Below, piece by piece: positions 63,671 to 64,000 of a DNA stretch of 64,000 nt. The notes under the pieces were generated by a model that worked only from the letters and a program-made list of their open reading frames with translations, ran no database searches and was not told the DNA's origin. A program made the position numbers and the translations under genes. Position 1 is the stretch's first letter, and each line of letters opens with the position of its first letter. Origin of the DNA: Octopus bimaculoides (Eukaryota); the NCBI RefSeq assembly GCF_001194135.2, contig NC_068988.1:11572163-11636162 (forward strand). The letters are read 5' to 3'.

Positions 63671-64000
63671 AAACAAATATGACGGGCGGGGAAGAAGAAA
63701 AAAATACGGTCAACATGGCCTTGTGAATGTCATGCTGGATTGCTAGTATTAAAGTGAGCCAGTTGTTTAGCTTTCAGCCTTGCCTCAGCAAATGTATAAC
63801 ACGGATATAGATGAGTGAACGCTAGCCAAAACGAATGGACGAAGGCGGGTTCATCGCTGATACGTGATCTGCTAGAATTAAAACAAATGAATGTTCGTTC
63901 AAATTAACTCGTAGGTTCACTGTACTTGGCGAATGCATGCTACAAGAATCGATTCTGATCATAACCGCAGTCTAATGATTGAAAGAAGCTACATATATAT

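Noticed and set aside
1-64000. The large majority of ORF-track entries ([20 protein letters not shown], poly-X)
   Set aside because: They are translations of microsatellites and N-gaps, not genes.

Overview
This is AT-rich, microsatellite-saturated animal genomic DNA from a draft assembly, with 22 N-gaps totalling about 6 kb, most flanked by (TA)n, (TG)n or (TAGA)n. The repeat landscape points to an octopus (coleoid cephalopod) genome; this is inferred from recalled repeat families, not from a search. I cannot support any intact host gene, rRNA, true tRNA or CRISPR array, so the window reads as intergenic or deep intronic. Most ORF-track entries are microsatellite or gap translations. Supported content: about 35 copies of at least four tRNA-headed SINE families (my labels A, B, C, E) built from shared modules; decayed LINE ORF2 fragments of the L1/Tx1 and RTE clades; an internally deleted Tc1/mariner-type transposase; Penelope-like remnants carrying hammerhead ribozyme motifs; and small foldback/MITE-like elements. 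The most interesting signals are: (1) a 230-bp near-perfect palindrome with a minimal hammerhead on each arm, inserted with a 12-bp duplication into an RTE LINE; (2) a second hammerhead-like repeat family with a shared non-canonical CUGU core; (3) a SINE whose 3' tail matches the 3' end of the Tx1-type LINE in this same window; (4) a dispersed hairpin family whose two arms co-vary between copies; and (5) a SINE that carries its own internal microsatellite. Coordinates were read by eye and may be off by a few bases.
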